A DNA stretch of 51,966 nt from Ktedonobacteraceae bacterium. GTDB taxonomy: Bacteria > Chloroflexota > Ktedonobacteria > Ktedonobacterales > Ktedonobacteraceae. Below, in pieces: positions 35,278-44,196 of this stretch (positions are counted from its first letter, which is position 1; every line of letters starts with the position of its first letter). The stretch covers positions 1 through 51,966 of the forward strand of contig DASTKD010000594.1 of the NCBI GenBank assembly GCA_035716135.1. Reading direction: 5' to 3'. Under the pieces are notes generated by a model that had not been told where the DNA came from, did not search any database, and saw only the letters and a program-made list of their open reading frames with translations. The position numbers and the translations under genes were made by a program.

Positions 35278-36618
35278 TTGCGATCCTACTACCAGCTTTC
35301 ACGCAGAACATTTTTGAAAGTTGCCAGCGTGGCGGCAGGACTCGGCAGCGTCTCGTCTCTTGCTGGCTGCGGAGACGGAGGACAACCTCACAAAAATGCT
35401 GGATTGCTTACACAAACGCCTGGGAGCGGGTCACCGCGCGGGCTGCCAGCGAGTATTGTACCGGAGGGTCTGGGCGTCAATGTCCAGTTCTCTGCTACTG
35501 ATACCCAGGCGATAGTGATGAAGTTGGCAGATGCCGGCTTTCGCTTCGCCCGTTTAGACATGCTCTGGAGCCTGGTCGAACAGGCACACGGTCAATATGA
35601 CTTTTCCATTTATGAACCGATCGTTAGCGCGCTCGCCGCTCGCGGCATACGCCCGCTATTCATCCTGGACTATAACAACCCTCTCTATGACAATACCCAC
35701 TCGCTGCCTTTGACCGAAGTTGGACCACAGACGGACCAGACGCGGCAAGCCTTTGCGCGTTTCGCGGCGGTCGCGGCGGCACACTTCAAAACGGACGGCG
35801 TGATATGGGAGATATGGAATGAGCCGGACAACCCCCGCTTCTGGTATCCCAAACCCGACCCCGATAGCTACATGGCGCTGGCGAAAACAGCTATCGAAGC
35901 CATACGCCAGGCCGACCCACACGCGACCATTGTTGGACCTGCTCTGGTAGGTCTCGAACCAAAGTATCAAGATGCCTGGAACTTCTTGCAACGCTGCTTC
36001 GTGCTGGGCTTACCAGCGCTGCTAGATGCCATCAGCGTTCACCCCTATCGCCTGGAGCCACCAGAGAGCGCCACATCTGACTATCTTCGCTTGCGTACCC
36101 TGATTAGCCGGTATGCGCCGCCGGAAAAAGCTACTATGCCCGTAATTTGTAGCGAATGGGGCTACTCCCTGACCTGGGTTTCAGAACAGCAGCAAGCGCA
36201 ATACTTCGCGCGCCTGTATCTCATCAACCTGCTGAACAATCTTCCGCTAACCATCTGGTATAACTGGCATGACGGGCCAGACCCAAAGCAAATAGAAGAC
36301 AACTTTGGTCTTGTCACCTACACCGACCAGCCTAAAATGGCCTACTTCGCCGCGCAGACGCTGACACGGGAACTCGCCAATTTCAGCTTCAGCGAACGCA
36401 TATCTCTCCCCTCCAATGCAGACTATGCCCTGCTTTTCACGAACGGCCCGGCCAGAAAACAGGTGGTATGGACAACGGACAATCCCCATACCATAATATT
36501 GCCTGCGAGTGGAACCTCTATTACCATCACCAATATGACCGGAGAGAAACGCATCCTGTCCGTTATGAATGGTCAATTAACACTGGAGATTACTGGCAGC
36601 CCGCAGTATGTAGGGTAA
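35278..36618 (+). CDS. secreted glycoside hydrolase (clan GH-A, GH5/GH39-like) with a Tat signal and lipobox
   Basis: SRRTFLK twin-arginine motif, LAGC lipobox, IWEIWNEPDN (acid/base NEP) and CSEWGY (nucleophile Glu context). TTG start. Confidence 0.8.
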   Translation: MRSYYQLSRRTFLKVASVAAGLGSVSSLAGCGDGGQPHKNAGLLTQTPGSGSPRGLPASIVPEGLGVNVQFSATDTQAIVMKLADAGFRFARLDMLWSLVEQAHGQYDFSIYEPIVSALAARGIRPLFILDYNNPLYDNTHSLPLTEVGPQTDQTRQAFARFAAVAAAHFKTDGVIWEIWNEPDNPRFWYPKPDPDSYMALAKTAIEAIRQADPHATIVGPALVGLEPKYQDAWNFLQRCFVLGLPALLDAISVHPYRLEPPESATSDYLRLRTLISRYAPPEKATMPVICSEWGYSLTWVSEQQQAQYFARLYLINLLNNLPLTIWYNWHDGPDPKQIEDNFGLVTYTDQPKMAYFAAQTLTRELANFSFSERISLPSNADYALLFTNGPARKQVVWTTDNPHTIILPASGTSITITNMTGEKRILSVMNGQLTLEITGSPQYVG

Positions 36619-36666
36619 CGAATAAGATACAATAGAGCAGAACCTATAAATTCCATGAGGTAAGCT

Positions 36667-37803
36667 ATGTCATCATCAACCAGTCCCGAACGCGCCGCCA
36701 GCCCGTTACGGGTTGCCATCATCGGCTACGGGCTTGCAGGCTCGGTATTTCATGCGCCACTTATCGCAGCAACCAGCGGTATGAGCGTATCAGCCATTGT
36801 GACGAGTAACGCTGAACGTCAACAGCACGCACGCGCGGATTTTCCAGACGCAGCCATCCTTTCATCAGTCGAGGAAGTCTGGCAGAACGCTTCCAATTAT
36901 GACCTGCTCGTTATCGCATCGCCAAACCGCGCGCATGTGCCACTTGGCATCGCAGCGATGCAGGCAGGGCTGCCCGTCGTGGTTGATAAGCCCCTGGCAC
37001 CATCGGTAGCTGATGCTGAACGCTTGCTAGCCGTCAGTAAAAGCACAGGCAAGCTGTTGACCGTCTTCCAGAACCGGCGCTGGGACAACGACTTCCTCAC
37101 CGTTCGCCAGTTGCTGGCGAGCGAACCCAATTTGCTAGGTTCTGTTGTGCGCTTCGAGTCGTGGTACCAGCGCTACCGCCCGCAGCCGCGTTCCGGCGTG
37201 TGGCGCGAACTGCCCGATCCCGGCGAGGCGGGGGGGCTGCTCTTCGACCTGGGCAGCCATCTGATCGACCAGGCATTGCTGCTCTTCGGCCAGCCATTGC
37301 GCGTCTATGCGGAAGTTGATAAGCGACGCCCCGGCGCGCAGGTAGACGACGACACGTTTGTCGCGCTGGAATTCGCCAACGGCACGCGCGCGCATCTCTG
37401 GATGGGCGTACTTACTCGTATCCCTGGCCCCCGTTTGCGCATCACCGGACTGCACGGCATGTATGAGAAGTGGGGGCTTGACCCGCAGGAGGATGCCCTG
37501 CACGCTGGCAAGCGACCGGGAGACGCTGGCTGGGGACAGGAGCCGCGCGAACGCTGGGGACGGCTCTCGGCGGAAGTCGGCAAACTCCATATCGACGGCC
37601 CCGTTGAAACGCTGCCCGGCGCGTATGAAACCTTCTACTCACTGCTGCGTGATGCACTACTCTCTGGCGGCAAAACGCCCGTTGATCCCGCCGATGCCGT
37701 AATTACCCTGCGGGTCATTGAAGCGGCGCGAGAAAGCGCGCGCAATCACACTGTTGTAGAACTGGCGCGACATCACGAAGACGTTGCCGAACCCCATTCA
37801 TAA
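36667..37803 (+). CDS. Gfo/Idh/MocA-family NAD(P)-dependent oxidoreductase
   Basis: LRVAIIGYGLAGSVFHAPLI Rossmann N-terminus and the VVVDKPLA motif. Confidence 0.9.
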   Translation: MSSSTSPERAASPLRVAIIGYGLAGSVFHAPLIAATSGMSVSAIVTSNAERQQHARADFPDAAILSSVEEVWQNASNYDLLVIASPNRAHVPLGIAAMQAGLPVVVDKPLAPSVADAERLLAVSKSTGKLLTVFQNRRWDNDFLTVRQLLASEPNLLGSVVRFESWYQRYRPQPRSGVWRELPDPGEAGGLLFDLGSHLIDQALLLFGQPLRVYAEVDKRRPGAQVDDDTFVALEFANGTRAHLWMGVLTRIPGPRLRITGLHGMYEKWGLDPQEDALHAGKRPGDAGWGQEPRERWGRLSAEVGKLHIDGPVETLPGAYETFYSLLRDALLSGGKTPVDPADAVITLRVIEAARESARNHTVVELARHHEDVAEPHS

Positions 37804-38591
37804 GTACGGAACGTGCAGTATTCCCGGAAACCAAGCCGACTATAAATATTGAACCCCATCGAAGAAGAGGTCAGGACACTTATACGATAGCCTTGCGCGC
37901 GCGCCTCTTGCGCCGCCATGAGCGTGATGGCCGCGCCAATGCCTTGCCGTCGCACTTGCGGTATGGTCACGACATGCTCAATGGCCGCTACTCCGGCTCC
38001 CAAAAACAGCGCGACAGTGGCAACTGGTTCTCCAGCAAGCGTGCCAAGATACATACGCAAAGGGCTTTGCGGGCTAAAAAGCAGGTTGGAGTATACAGTG
38101 AAACAATCCTGGACGACTTCTTCAGGAGCGCCACAACCCCATACGCGCGTCCACTGGCGCAACAAATGCTCTGTCGTGACGGGATGGAAGCCAAAGTTGA
38201 ACGGCACCGGTTGATCTTCACTAAGTGCCAGTAAATCCACCGCCATACCTGGTTCATCTTCCACATGACCAATTCCATACGCTTCAAGCATATTTCCAAA
38301 GTCAGCAGGCCGGGAGTTTGGTCCGATATGCCATTGAAACGGAAGCCTTTGCCGTTGAAAATGCGCCAGTACACGCTCAATCGTTGCTGGAAGCGCCTCT
38401 TGTTCCATATTGGTCTGTAATACGCCGTTGAAAAGATCATTCGGGATGCCCGTCTCAAACCAGCAAAGCCCAGGCTCATCATGAAATGCTGCGTGAGGCA
38501 GCGTACTCAGCAAGGCCCCATATGCTATCTTATTAGCATCCATAGCCTGTGGAATCGTAGATGGAGTGAGGCATTGCAATATGGTGTCCAT
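37773..38591 (-). CDS. GNAT-family N-acetyltransferase
   Basis: Acetyl-CoA motif A: IEHVVTIPQVRRQGIGAAITLMAAQEARAQGY. I prefer ATG 38591 (MDTILQCL...), because the track start at 38657 lies inside the IS remnant. Confidence 0.8.
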   Translation of the reverse strand: MDTILQCLTPSTIPQAMDANKIAYGALLSTLPHAAFHDEPGLCWFETGIPNDLFNGVLQTNMEQEALPATIERVLAHFQRQRLPFQWHIGPNSRPADFGNMLEAYGIGHVEDEPGMAVDLLALSEDQPVPFNFGFHPVTTEHLLRQWTRVWGCGAPEEVVQDCFTVYSNLLFSPQSPLRMYLGTLAGEPVATVALFLGAGVAAIEHVVTIPQVRRQGIGAAITLMAAQEARAQGYRISVLTSSSMGFNIYSRLGFREYCTFRTYEWGSATSS

Positions 38592-38613
38592 ACGTAAATC
38601 GTCCTTTTCTAAC

Positions 38614-38946
38614 GCAATCAGGAAGTCACGGTATTTTTGCCCTCGTCTGCGCAGCAAGAATACAACAGGTTGGGCGAATAGTCAATGAGAGCCGCCGCCC
38701 ATCAGGCAGGTGTGGCGATGCCTGGTTGACCCGTTCACACAGGATGACCAGATCTCGATTGAGTGCGTGATCGTTGAACGGACGCAGTTCGACCTGCACC
38801 ATCTGCGCATGGTGGGTGACTGTGCCGGGAAGCTGGAAAAAGGGGAAGAGACGTTTCCAGGTGGCTTGCGCATAGGATGCTGGAAAATAAGCGTCGCGCA
38901 CCCAGATCGCCAGATTCGCCAATGCCACCTTGAACACCGTCATCAT
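38614..38946 (-). mobile_element. IS transposase 3'-end remnant, copy A (last ~105 codons plus terminal sequence), family not determinable here
   Basis: The ORF MMTVFKVALANLAIWVRDAYFPASYAQATWKRLF...VELRPFNDHALNRDLVILCERVN...LPDGRRL resembles C-termini of IS transposases I recall. 38614-38885 is nucleotide-similar to 43742-44013 in inverted orientation. Confidence 0.6.
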
Positions 38947-39009
38947 CTCCTTTCCGGGGAGGAAAGGGGTCGAATCTTTCCCATGGCAGCTCCGTCTTTC
39001 AATGGAGTG

Positions 39010-39681
39010 CTAGTGGCTGGATTGCCAGCGGCTCAGTGGGGTGAGCTGGATCTGCTTCGCCAGCCCATAGGCGATCGAGAGATCACTGTCGCTCTCCACA
39101 AATACACGACCGATAACGAGTACCGAATTGTGCGGCGAAGCAATCTGTGTCACTCCCTGCGACACGGCTCCTTTCCAGCCCGGCCCGCTCATGAGGTAAT
39201 CGCCAGCCTCGGTTCCCGTGGTGCGTTTGCCGACGTAGGCAAAATTAGTGCCGTCCGAGGGATCAGTGAACTGCACGCTGTAGTACCGGCCCGCCATGTC
39301 CGGCACGTGCAAAACCTGCGCCCCTTTAGAGAGGTCGAGCAAGCCGCCGACGTAGAGCACGTCGTTGGTTCCTGTTGCGAGTAGGCTGGAGTTTGACGCC
39401 GAGGGCGAAGAGAGATTGGGTACCGCGTAAAGCGTATTGACTGGGATTGGGTCGCCGCCGAGCCCATGCTGAACTACCGCTCGTTTGAAGGCACTGTACG
39501 TGATAGGCGGCCAAAAATAAATGAAAACGCACGTGCCTAGTCCCCATACGAGGACGGCCACGACGACGAACGTTATGAGCTGGCTCCCCCCCCTCGAGAA
39601 ATACCTGTAGACGACCCATGCGAGGACTGCCAGGATGGCGAATGTAATGGGATATTTGTATTTCAGAATCAGCCTGTTCAT
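39010..39681 (-). CDS. DUF1254-domain protein with an N-terminal TM anchor
   Basis: HVPDMAGRYYSVQFTDPSDGTNFAYVGKRTTGTEAGDYLMSGPGWKG is the DUF1254 core as I recall it. Two N-terminal TM helices. Confidence 0.8.
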   Translation of the reverse strand: MNRLILKYKYPITFAILAVLAWVVYRYFSRGGSQLITFVVVAVLVWGLGTCVFIYFWPPITYSAFKRAVVQHGLGGDPIPVNTLYAVPNLSSPSASNSSLLATGTNDVLYVGGLLDLSKGAQVLHVPDMAGRYYSVQFTDPSDGTNFAYVGKRTTGTEAGDYLMSGPGWKGAVSQGVTQIASPHNSVLVIGRVFVESDSDLSIAYGLAKQIQLTPLSRWQSSH

Positions 39682-39682
39682 G

Positions 39683-40288
39683 TCATTGCACTTTCATGAC
39701 TGGCGGCACGTGGTACTCGCCGTCGAGGATAGCACGGCCGGGCAGATACGCGCGGAGCATCAGCTTGAAGTAGCCTGCCGGTGCCGGTAGCCAGTTGGAC
39801 TCGTGCGAGGCTGGAGCCGCGCGCTGAAGATAAATGTCGATGGAGCCATCGGCGTTCGGCACGAGGCCGGAGCGAGAGCCGACGCTGGAGCGATCGATGG
39901 GGTTGCTCACCATGTACCCGACCACATCGGTCATGGTCAGTGACCAGAAGGCATCGTTGGGCGGAAGTTGTCCTGCAGGAAAATGCAGGACGTAAGCGCG
40001 CTGGCCGGAGAGCCGCCGCCCCGCGCTGTCGATGGTCGTCGTCCAGTAGGCAGCCTCTTGCGCCACATTGACGGCGGGCAGGTTTCTGGCGCATGCGGCC
40101 CGCAGGAGGATGCCATTGCCGGGCTGGCCGCATTTGAAGGTGGTACTCCACCCGTTGACGGTCGTTGTCATGGCTTTCACCACCGCGTTCATCATGATCT
40201 GTGCCGTGAGAAACGCCAGCACCGCGCCGACGATGATGCCTTGCACGACAGGAGAGACTGAGAGCATGATAGAGAAACATCCTTTCAT
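39683..40288 (-). CDS. DUF1214-domain protein with an N-terminal TM anchor
   Basis: AYWTTTID..G..L.G...YVLHFPAGQLPPNDAFWSLTMTD...NWLPAPAGYFKLMLRAYLPG is the DUF1214 core. The start is ambiguous (ATG at 40288 or 40267; the track gives 40357). Its stop lies 1 nt from the next start. Confidence 0.8.
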   Translation of the reverse strand: MKGCFSIMLSVSPVVQGIIVGAVLAFLTAQIMMNAVVKAMTTTVNGWSTTFKCGQPGNGILLRAACARNLPAVNVAQEAAYWTTTIDSAGRRLSGQRAYVLHFPAGQLPPNDAFWSLTMTDVVGYMVSNPIDRSSVGSRSGLVPNADGSIDIYLQRAAPASHESNWLPAPAGYFKLMLRAYLPGRAILDGEYHVPPVMKVQ

Positions 40289-40401
40289 GTAAGAGCACAG
40301 AAGCTGAGCTGTGCTCCAGGGTAGCAGGTGAACGCTCGGTCCTCTCACGGCTGACATTCGTCCGTGGGAGCCGTGTCCCCAGATGGGAAAGGTGCCAGAC
40401 G

Positions 40402-40432
40402 ATATGCCTCTGGCAGCTTGCCAGAGGCATAT
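40402..40432. promoter_or_regulatory. 14-3-14 perfect palindrome (ATATGCCTCTGGCA gct TGCCAGAGGCATAT)
   Basis: Read directly. It lies between the LAL copy-2 stop (40528) and the DUF1214 start. It could be an operator or an intercistronic hairpin. Confidence 0.5.
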
Positions 40433-40527
40433 AACATATTGTTATTCACCTTCTGCTGAGAAGTCTACCGCAAAACAGCCAGGCTGTCTTCCCTCCAAAG
40501 AGGTATTTTTGGGGGATCATGACCTCT

Positions 40528-43500
40528 TCAGAAGGGAGAGAGGATATGCAAGGCACGCGCACGGACCACGGCCTGGGTGCGATTCGTGGCACCCAGTTTG
40601 GTCAGGAGATGCTTGATATGGAGCTTAACGGTGTGCAGGCTGAGCACCAGGTGCTGCGCGATCTGCTGGTTGGAGAGACCTTCGGCCACGAACTGGAGGA
40701 CCTCGCGCTCCCGTGTACTCAGCAGCTCAAAGGATGACGAGAGGGATGCGTGTTTCGTCGTCGCAACGAGCCGACCCTGCTGCACGGGGACAATCGCTGC
40801 CTGGACCCGCTGAAGGTAGTCAGACGAGGCCGTGGTAAACGGGGCCATCCGCGCGAGCAGGTGTGCCATCACTTCTCCCTCATCGGCAAACAGGCGCAGA
40901 TAGCCTTCCGGTTCGGCTGCCGCGAGAATTGGCCCCAGGGTGGTCAGCGCCTGCCTGGTCTTGCCCTGGGCGTGGAGCGCCAGCGCACGCAGCATCTGGA
41001 TCTCGATGCGCCGACCATGAGCATCTGTCCTCATAGCGACCTCCAGCAAACAGTCCAACAGAATCTGTGCCTGAGAGAGCGCCAGGGCATTCGGATGGCC
41101 GCGACCACACGCGATCAAGATCCGCGCCAGGGCGATATAGCCCACGTAGCGACTCTTCCCCAGCGGGCTTGTGAGCAGGTCGTCATAGTGTAACCCACAG
41201 GTTGAGGCCCACTGCAAGGCCGGCTCGAGTTGACCGCAGGCGAGGGCAAGGCGGACTGGAACCAGAATCAGCGGGGCTTTCCTCACCTGGGGAATCGGAA
41301 ACTGCGCCACATCCAGGGCTTCGCTCTCCAGGATCTGTCTGGTCCGCTCGCTGTTGCCTTGCGCCAGGGCTACGCGCGCCTGTATCCCGAGTCCGAGCAG
41401 TGTCAGTTCAGGGGTAGGATGAGCAAGATCCAGGCGTGGAGCCAGTTCAAGGAGGTGCTGTGCAGAGGTCTCCGCTTCTTGCAGGCGATTCCACTCGTAC
41501 AACAGGACTCCATAGCGCCAATGTGCTTGTGCCAGAAGCAGGGGTGGTGAATTGCGGCGCTGAGGCAACGACCGCAACACATCCTCGTAGAGCCGGCCCA
41601 GCTCACGTAATCGCCCCTGCTCCTCGTACAAATCATCGAGGCTCATGACGACCAGGAGATTGGGGCTGCTTCCATCAGCAGGCAAGGCTTGTCGCAAGGT
41701 CTGCTCTGAAGCCAGGAGATCCCCACTCAAACGATAGGCGGCCCCGAGAAGCACGCGCTGACGCCAGAGGGTGAACCGACTCCAGGCCGTTTCGGGTCCC
41801 GTGAGCGAACGCGTCATCTCCGCAGCGCGGGACAGTGCCTGCGGGATATCACCCCGGGCCAGCGCCAACGTTGCCTGTTGCAGCGCCAGTTCCCGTTGCA
41901 GATCGGCCTGTGCCTCAGAACCATCCTTTTCATGCGTCTTGAGCAACACCGTGAGGCGCTCGATGACCCTCTCCGGATCAGACGGCTGCGACGTGTGCAG
42001 GGGCCGGGTCCAGATCAAGGCGAGAGAAAGATATGCCGAAGCTGAGATCAACTCCTGGGGAAGTTGATCCAGCCAGCGGCCGAGGCGCACAAGCTTGCCT
42101 TGCTCCACTAAGGATGGCACCAACTCCTCCAGGAGGCGTGCCGCGTGGGGGAGGTCGGAAGCTCGCAAGGCGTATTCACAGCCGTCCTCTGTCCACCCGT
42201 GCTGTTCATACCAGCGACCAGCCCGACGATAGAACTCCGGCACAAGCGCTGGTTCCTGCTGCTGGAGGAGGGTGCGCAGCGTTTCGGCGAAGAGCGGATG
42301 GTAGCGATACCAGGTAGCGGTGTCATCCAGCGTACTGACGAAGAGGTTTTCCTGGAGCAGGGTTGCGAGCTTCAGCTGGCCATCAGGCTCTTCGGTCACG
42401 CTCTCGCAGAGCGGCCCGGTGAGTCGCTCCAGGATGCTGGTCCGCAGCAAAAAGCGCTGTATCTCCGGTGGTTGCCGCAGCAGGATTTCTTCACACACAT
42501 AATCCAGGAGAAAGCGATGAGTCACCCCTGTCGTCCGGAGTACTTCTGCAGCATCGATGTGTCCGCGTAGGGCCAGCGTCAGCAATTGGATGCCAGCAAT
42601 CCAGCCCTCAGTCCGCTCTTCCAGCAGACGGATCGCCTCAGAGCTGAGCGGGAGCCCCATCGCATGCGCAAACGCCTCAACTTCGGCGGATTGAAACCCC
42701 AGAGCCTCTCCGGGCAGTTCGCAGATCTGCTGACCTGCTCGCAAACGTGCAAGCCCCGGCGGGTCCACTCGTGTACTGAGCAGCAAATACAGGCGCGAGG
42801 GAAGATGGGTCAACACAAACAGCAGCAGGGCCTGACTCGCCTCGTTCGTGAGATGGTGGATGTCATCCAGGATCAAAACTGTGTCGTGCTGGAGCAGGCG
42901 CTCAAGGTCATTGAGGAGACGAGTCAGCACCTGTTCGTGCTCGTGGGGATGCCAGGGCCGATCCGTCTGAGCCGCGCTGTCCAGGTGCGCATCGACACGT
43001 GCCAGAGCAGCGATGAGCGAGAAAAGGAATCGCGCCGGGTCGTTCTCTGCCTCCTCGCAGGAAAGCCAGGCCACCGGCTTCGTGGCCGTGGCAGCCCATT
43101 CGGCCAGCAGCGTGGTTTTGCCAGAGCCAGCAGGAGCCGAGACCAGCGTCACTGGTCCTCGCAGACCCTGCTCCAGGAGCGCGAGCAGGCGGGGGCGCGC
43201 CACATGCTGCACTGGCAGACGCGGGGGAGTGATGGTACTCTGGAGGATCACTGTCGATGTTCGTCCTCGAGGTGAGATGGGAACCGGCACAAGAGGTGGC
43301 GTATCCTCAGCCTCTCCCGCCAGGCGGCGGGCCACCTCACAGAGTTTCGCCAGGGTGAGATTGGTGGAGACGCCCAGGTAACAGCGCGAGAGTCGCCCGC
43401 GCTTGCGCCGATAGGCTCGCCAGTACCATCCTCCCCGCCGATTCCCAGCCCGCGCTTTGTGCGCCGTAAAGGTTCCCTCCTCGCCAGTAAAGGTGAAGGT

Positions 43501-43626
43501 GGTGGCCGTTTCCAGCCAGGCGTACCAGGACGGGGTATCGACCAGCACGACGACGTTCTGACCCTGCTGTTCATACACCAAACAGCCATTGCAAACCGCT
43601 CCGGTGGTTGGCGGTGTCTTCTCCAT
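40528..43626 (-). CDS. LAL/MalT-type STAND ATPase regulator with a C-terminal LuxR HTH (copy 2, paralogue of 9386-12418)
   Basis: Same N-terminal module (LVYEQQGQNVVVLVDTPSWYAWLETATTFTF...GGWYWRAYRRKRGRL), Walker A VSAPAGSGKTTLL, Walker B ILDDIH, and the LuxR HTH LSTREREVLQFVAEGLSNQQIAQHLVLSLHTVKLHIKHLLTKL. ATG 43626 is preferred over the track start at 43719. Confidence 0.9.
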   Translation of the reverse strand: MEKTPPTTGAVCNGCLVYEQQGQNVVVLVDTPSWYAWLETATTFTFTGEEGTFTAHKARAGNRRGGWYWRAYRRKRGRLSRCYLGVSTNLTLAKLCEVARRLAGEAEDTPPLVPVPISPRGRTSTVILQSTITPPRLPVQHVARPRLLALLEQGLRGPVTLVSAPAGSGKTTLLAEWAATATKPVAWLSCEEAENDPARFLFSLIAALARVDAHLDSAAQTDRPWHPHEHEQVLTRLLNDLERLLQHDTVLILDDIHHLTNEASQALLLFVLTHLPSRLYLLLSTRVDPPGLARLRAGQQICELPGEALGFQSAEVEAFAHAMGLPLSSEAIRLLEERTEGWIAGIQLLTLALRGHIDAAEVLRTTGVTHRFLLDYVCEEILLRQPPEIQRFLLRTSILERLTGPLCESVTEEPDGQLKLATLLQENLFVSTLDDTATWYRYHPLFAETLRTLLQQQEPALVPEFYRRAGRWYEQHGWTEDGCEYALRASDLPHAARLLEELVPSLVEQGKLVRLGRWLDQLPQELISASAYLSLALIWTRPLHTSQPSDPERVIERLTVLLKTHEKDGSEAQADLQRELALQQATLALARGDIPQALSRAAEMTRSLTGPETAWSRFTLWRQRVLLGAAYRLSGDLLASEQTLRQALPADGSSPNLLVVMSLDDLYEEQGRLRELGRLYEDVLRSLPQRRNSPPLLLAQAHWRYGVLLYEWNRLQEAETSAQHLLELAPRLDLAHPTPELTLLGLGIQARVALAQGNSERTRQILESEALDVAQFPIPQVRKAPLILVPVRLALACGQLEPALQWASTCGLHYDDLLTSPLGKSRYVGYIALARILIACGRGHPNALALSQAQILLDCLLEVAMRTDAHGRRIEIQMLRALALHAQGKTRQALTTLGPILAAAEPEGYLRLFADEGEVMAHLLARMAPFTTASSDYLQRVQAAIVPVQQGRLVATTKHASLSSSFELLSTREREVLQFVAEGLSNQQIAQHLVLSLHTVKLHIKHLLTKLGATNRTQAVVRARALHILSPF

Positions 43627-43741
43627 GAAACAGCACTCCGCGAGAAAAGTGACAGATGTTAGGGACCCTCCGAACAGTTCCCTAACAGCAATTATAGCAG
43701 GGCGGGGGTGAAACCTCAAGGGTCACGGAGCAATCGGTCTG

Positions 43742-44013
43742 TTCCACCATCCTACGCGCAGGCCACCTGGAAACGTCTTTTCGCCTCCTCGGTAGGATCA
43801 CGCACCATGCGCGGACTGGTGCAGGTCGAACGGCATCCGGCGGACCGATCGCGTACTCAAGCGAGATCTGGTTGTCCTGCGTGAACGGGTGAACGAGGCG
43901 ATGCCTCGTTTGCTCGATGAACACCTCTTCACGTTCACTGTTCGTCCCTCGTGTTGCATTCTTGCTGCGCAGGCGAAAGCGAAAATACCGTGAGTCCCTG
44001 GTAATATGATTGC
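43742..44013 (+). mobile_element. IS transposase 3'-end remnant, copy B (frameshifted), inverted relative to copy A
   Basis: Aligns by eye to the reverse complement of 38614-38885, e.g. ttccaccatcctacgcgcaggccacctggaaacgtctttt against ttccagcatcctatgcgcaagccacctggaaacgtctctt, and cattcttgctgcgcaggcgaaagcgaaaataccgtgag against tattcttgctgcgcagacgagggcaaaaataccgtgac. The reading frame is broken. Confidence 0.6.
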
Positions 44014-44196
44014 TCTCACCATTAGCATAAGATATACTACAGAGTTCAGCACTCTATCCTCAAATCGAGAATCTGTGAGTATTTTTCCATGTGGATGCAT
44101 ATATTGATGTGGATAGTAGTTTCATCTATAATGGGGTAACTAACAGGGGTCGAAAAACGGCACAACAAAACGGCGCACCCGTGAGGAGGTGCAAGC

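Noticed and set aside
39678-40430. 250-aa ORF in another frame over the DUF1214 gene
   Set aside because: Its translation is Arg/His-rich nonsense, whereas the 39683-40288 frame carries the DUF1214 core motifs. Its start codon simply sits inside the 14-3-14 palindrome.
38600-44030. Clean composite transposon with target-site duplication around the two inverted IS remnants
   Set aside because: The sequences immediately outside the two outer ends do not match each other. Both IS copies also lack their 5' three-quarters, so only a decayed or rearranged structure can be claimed.
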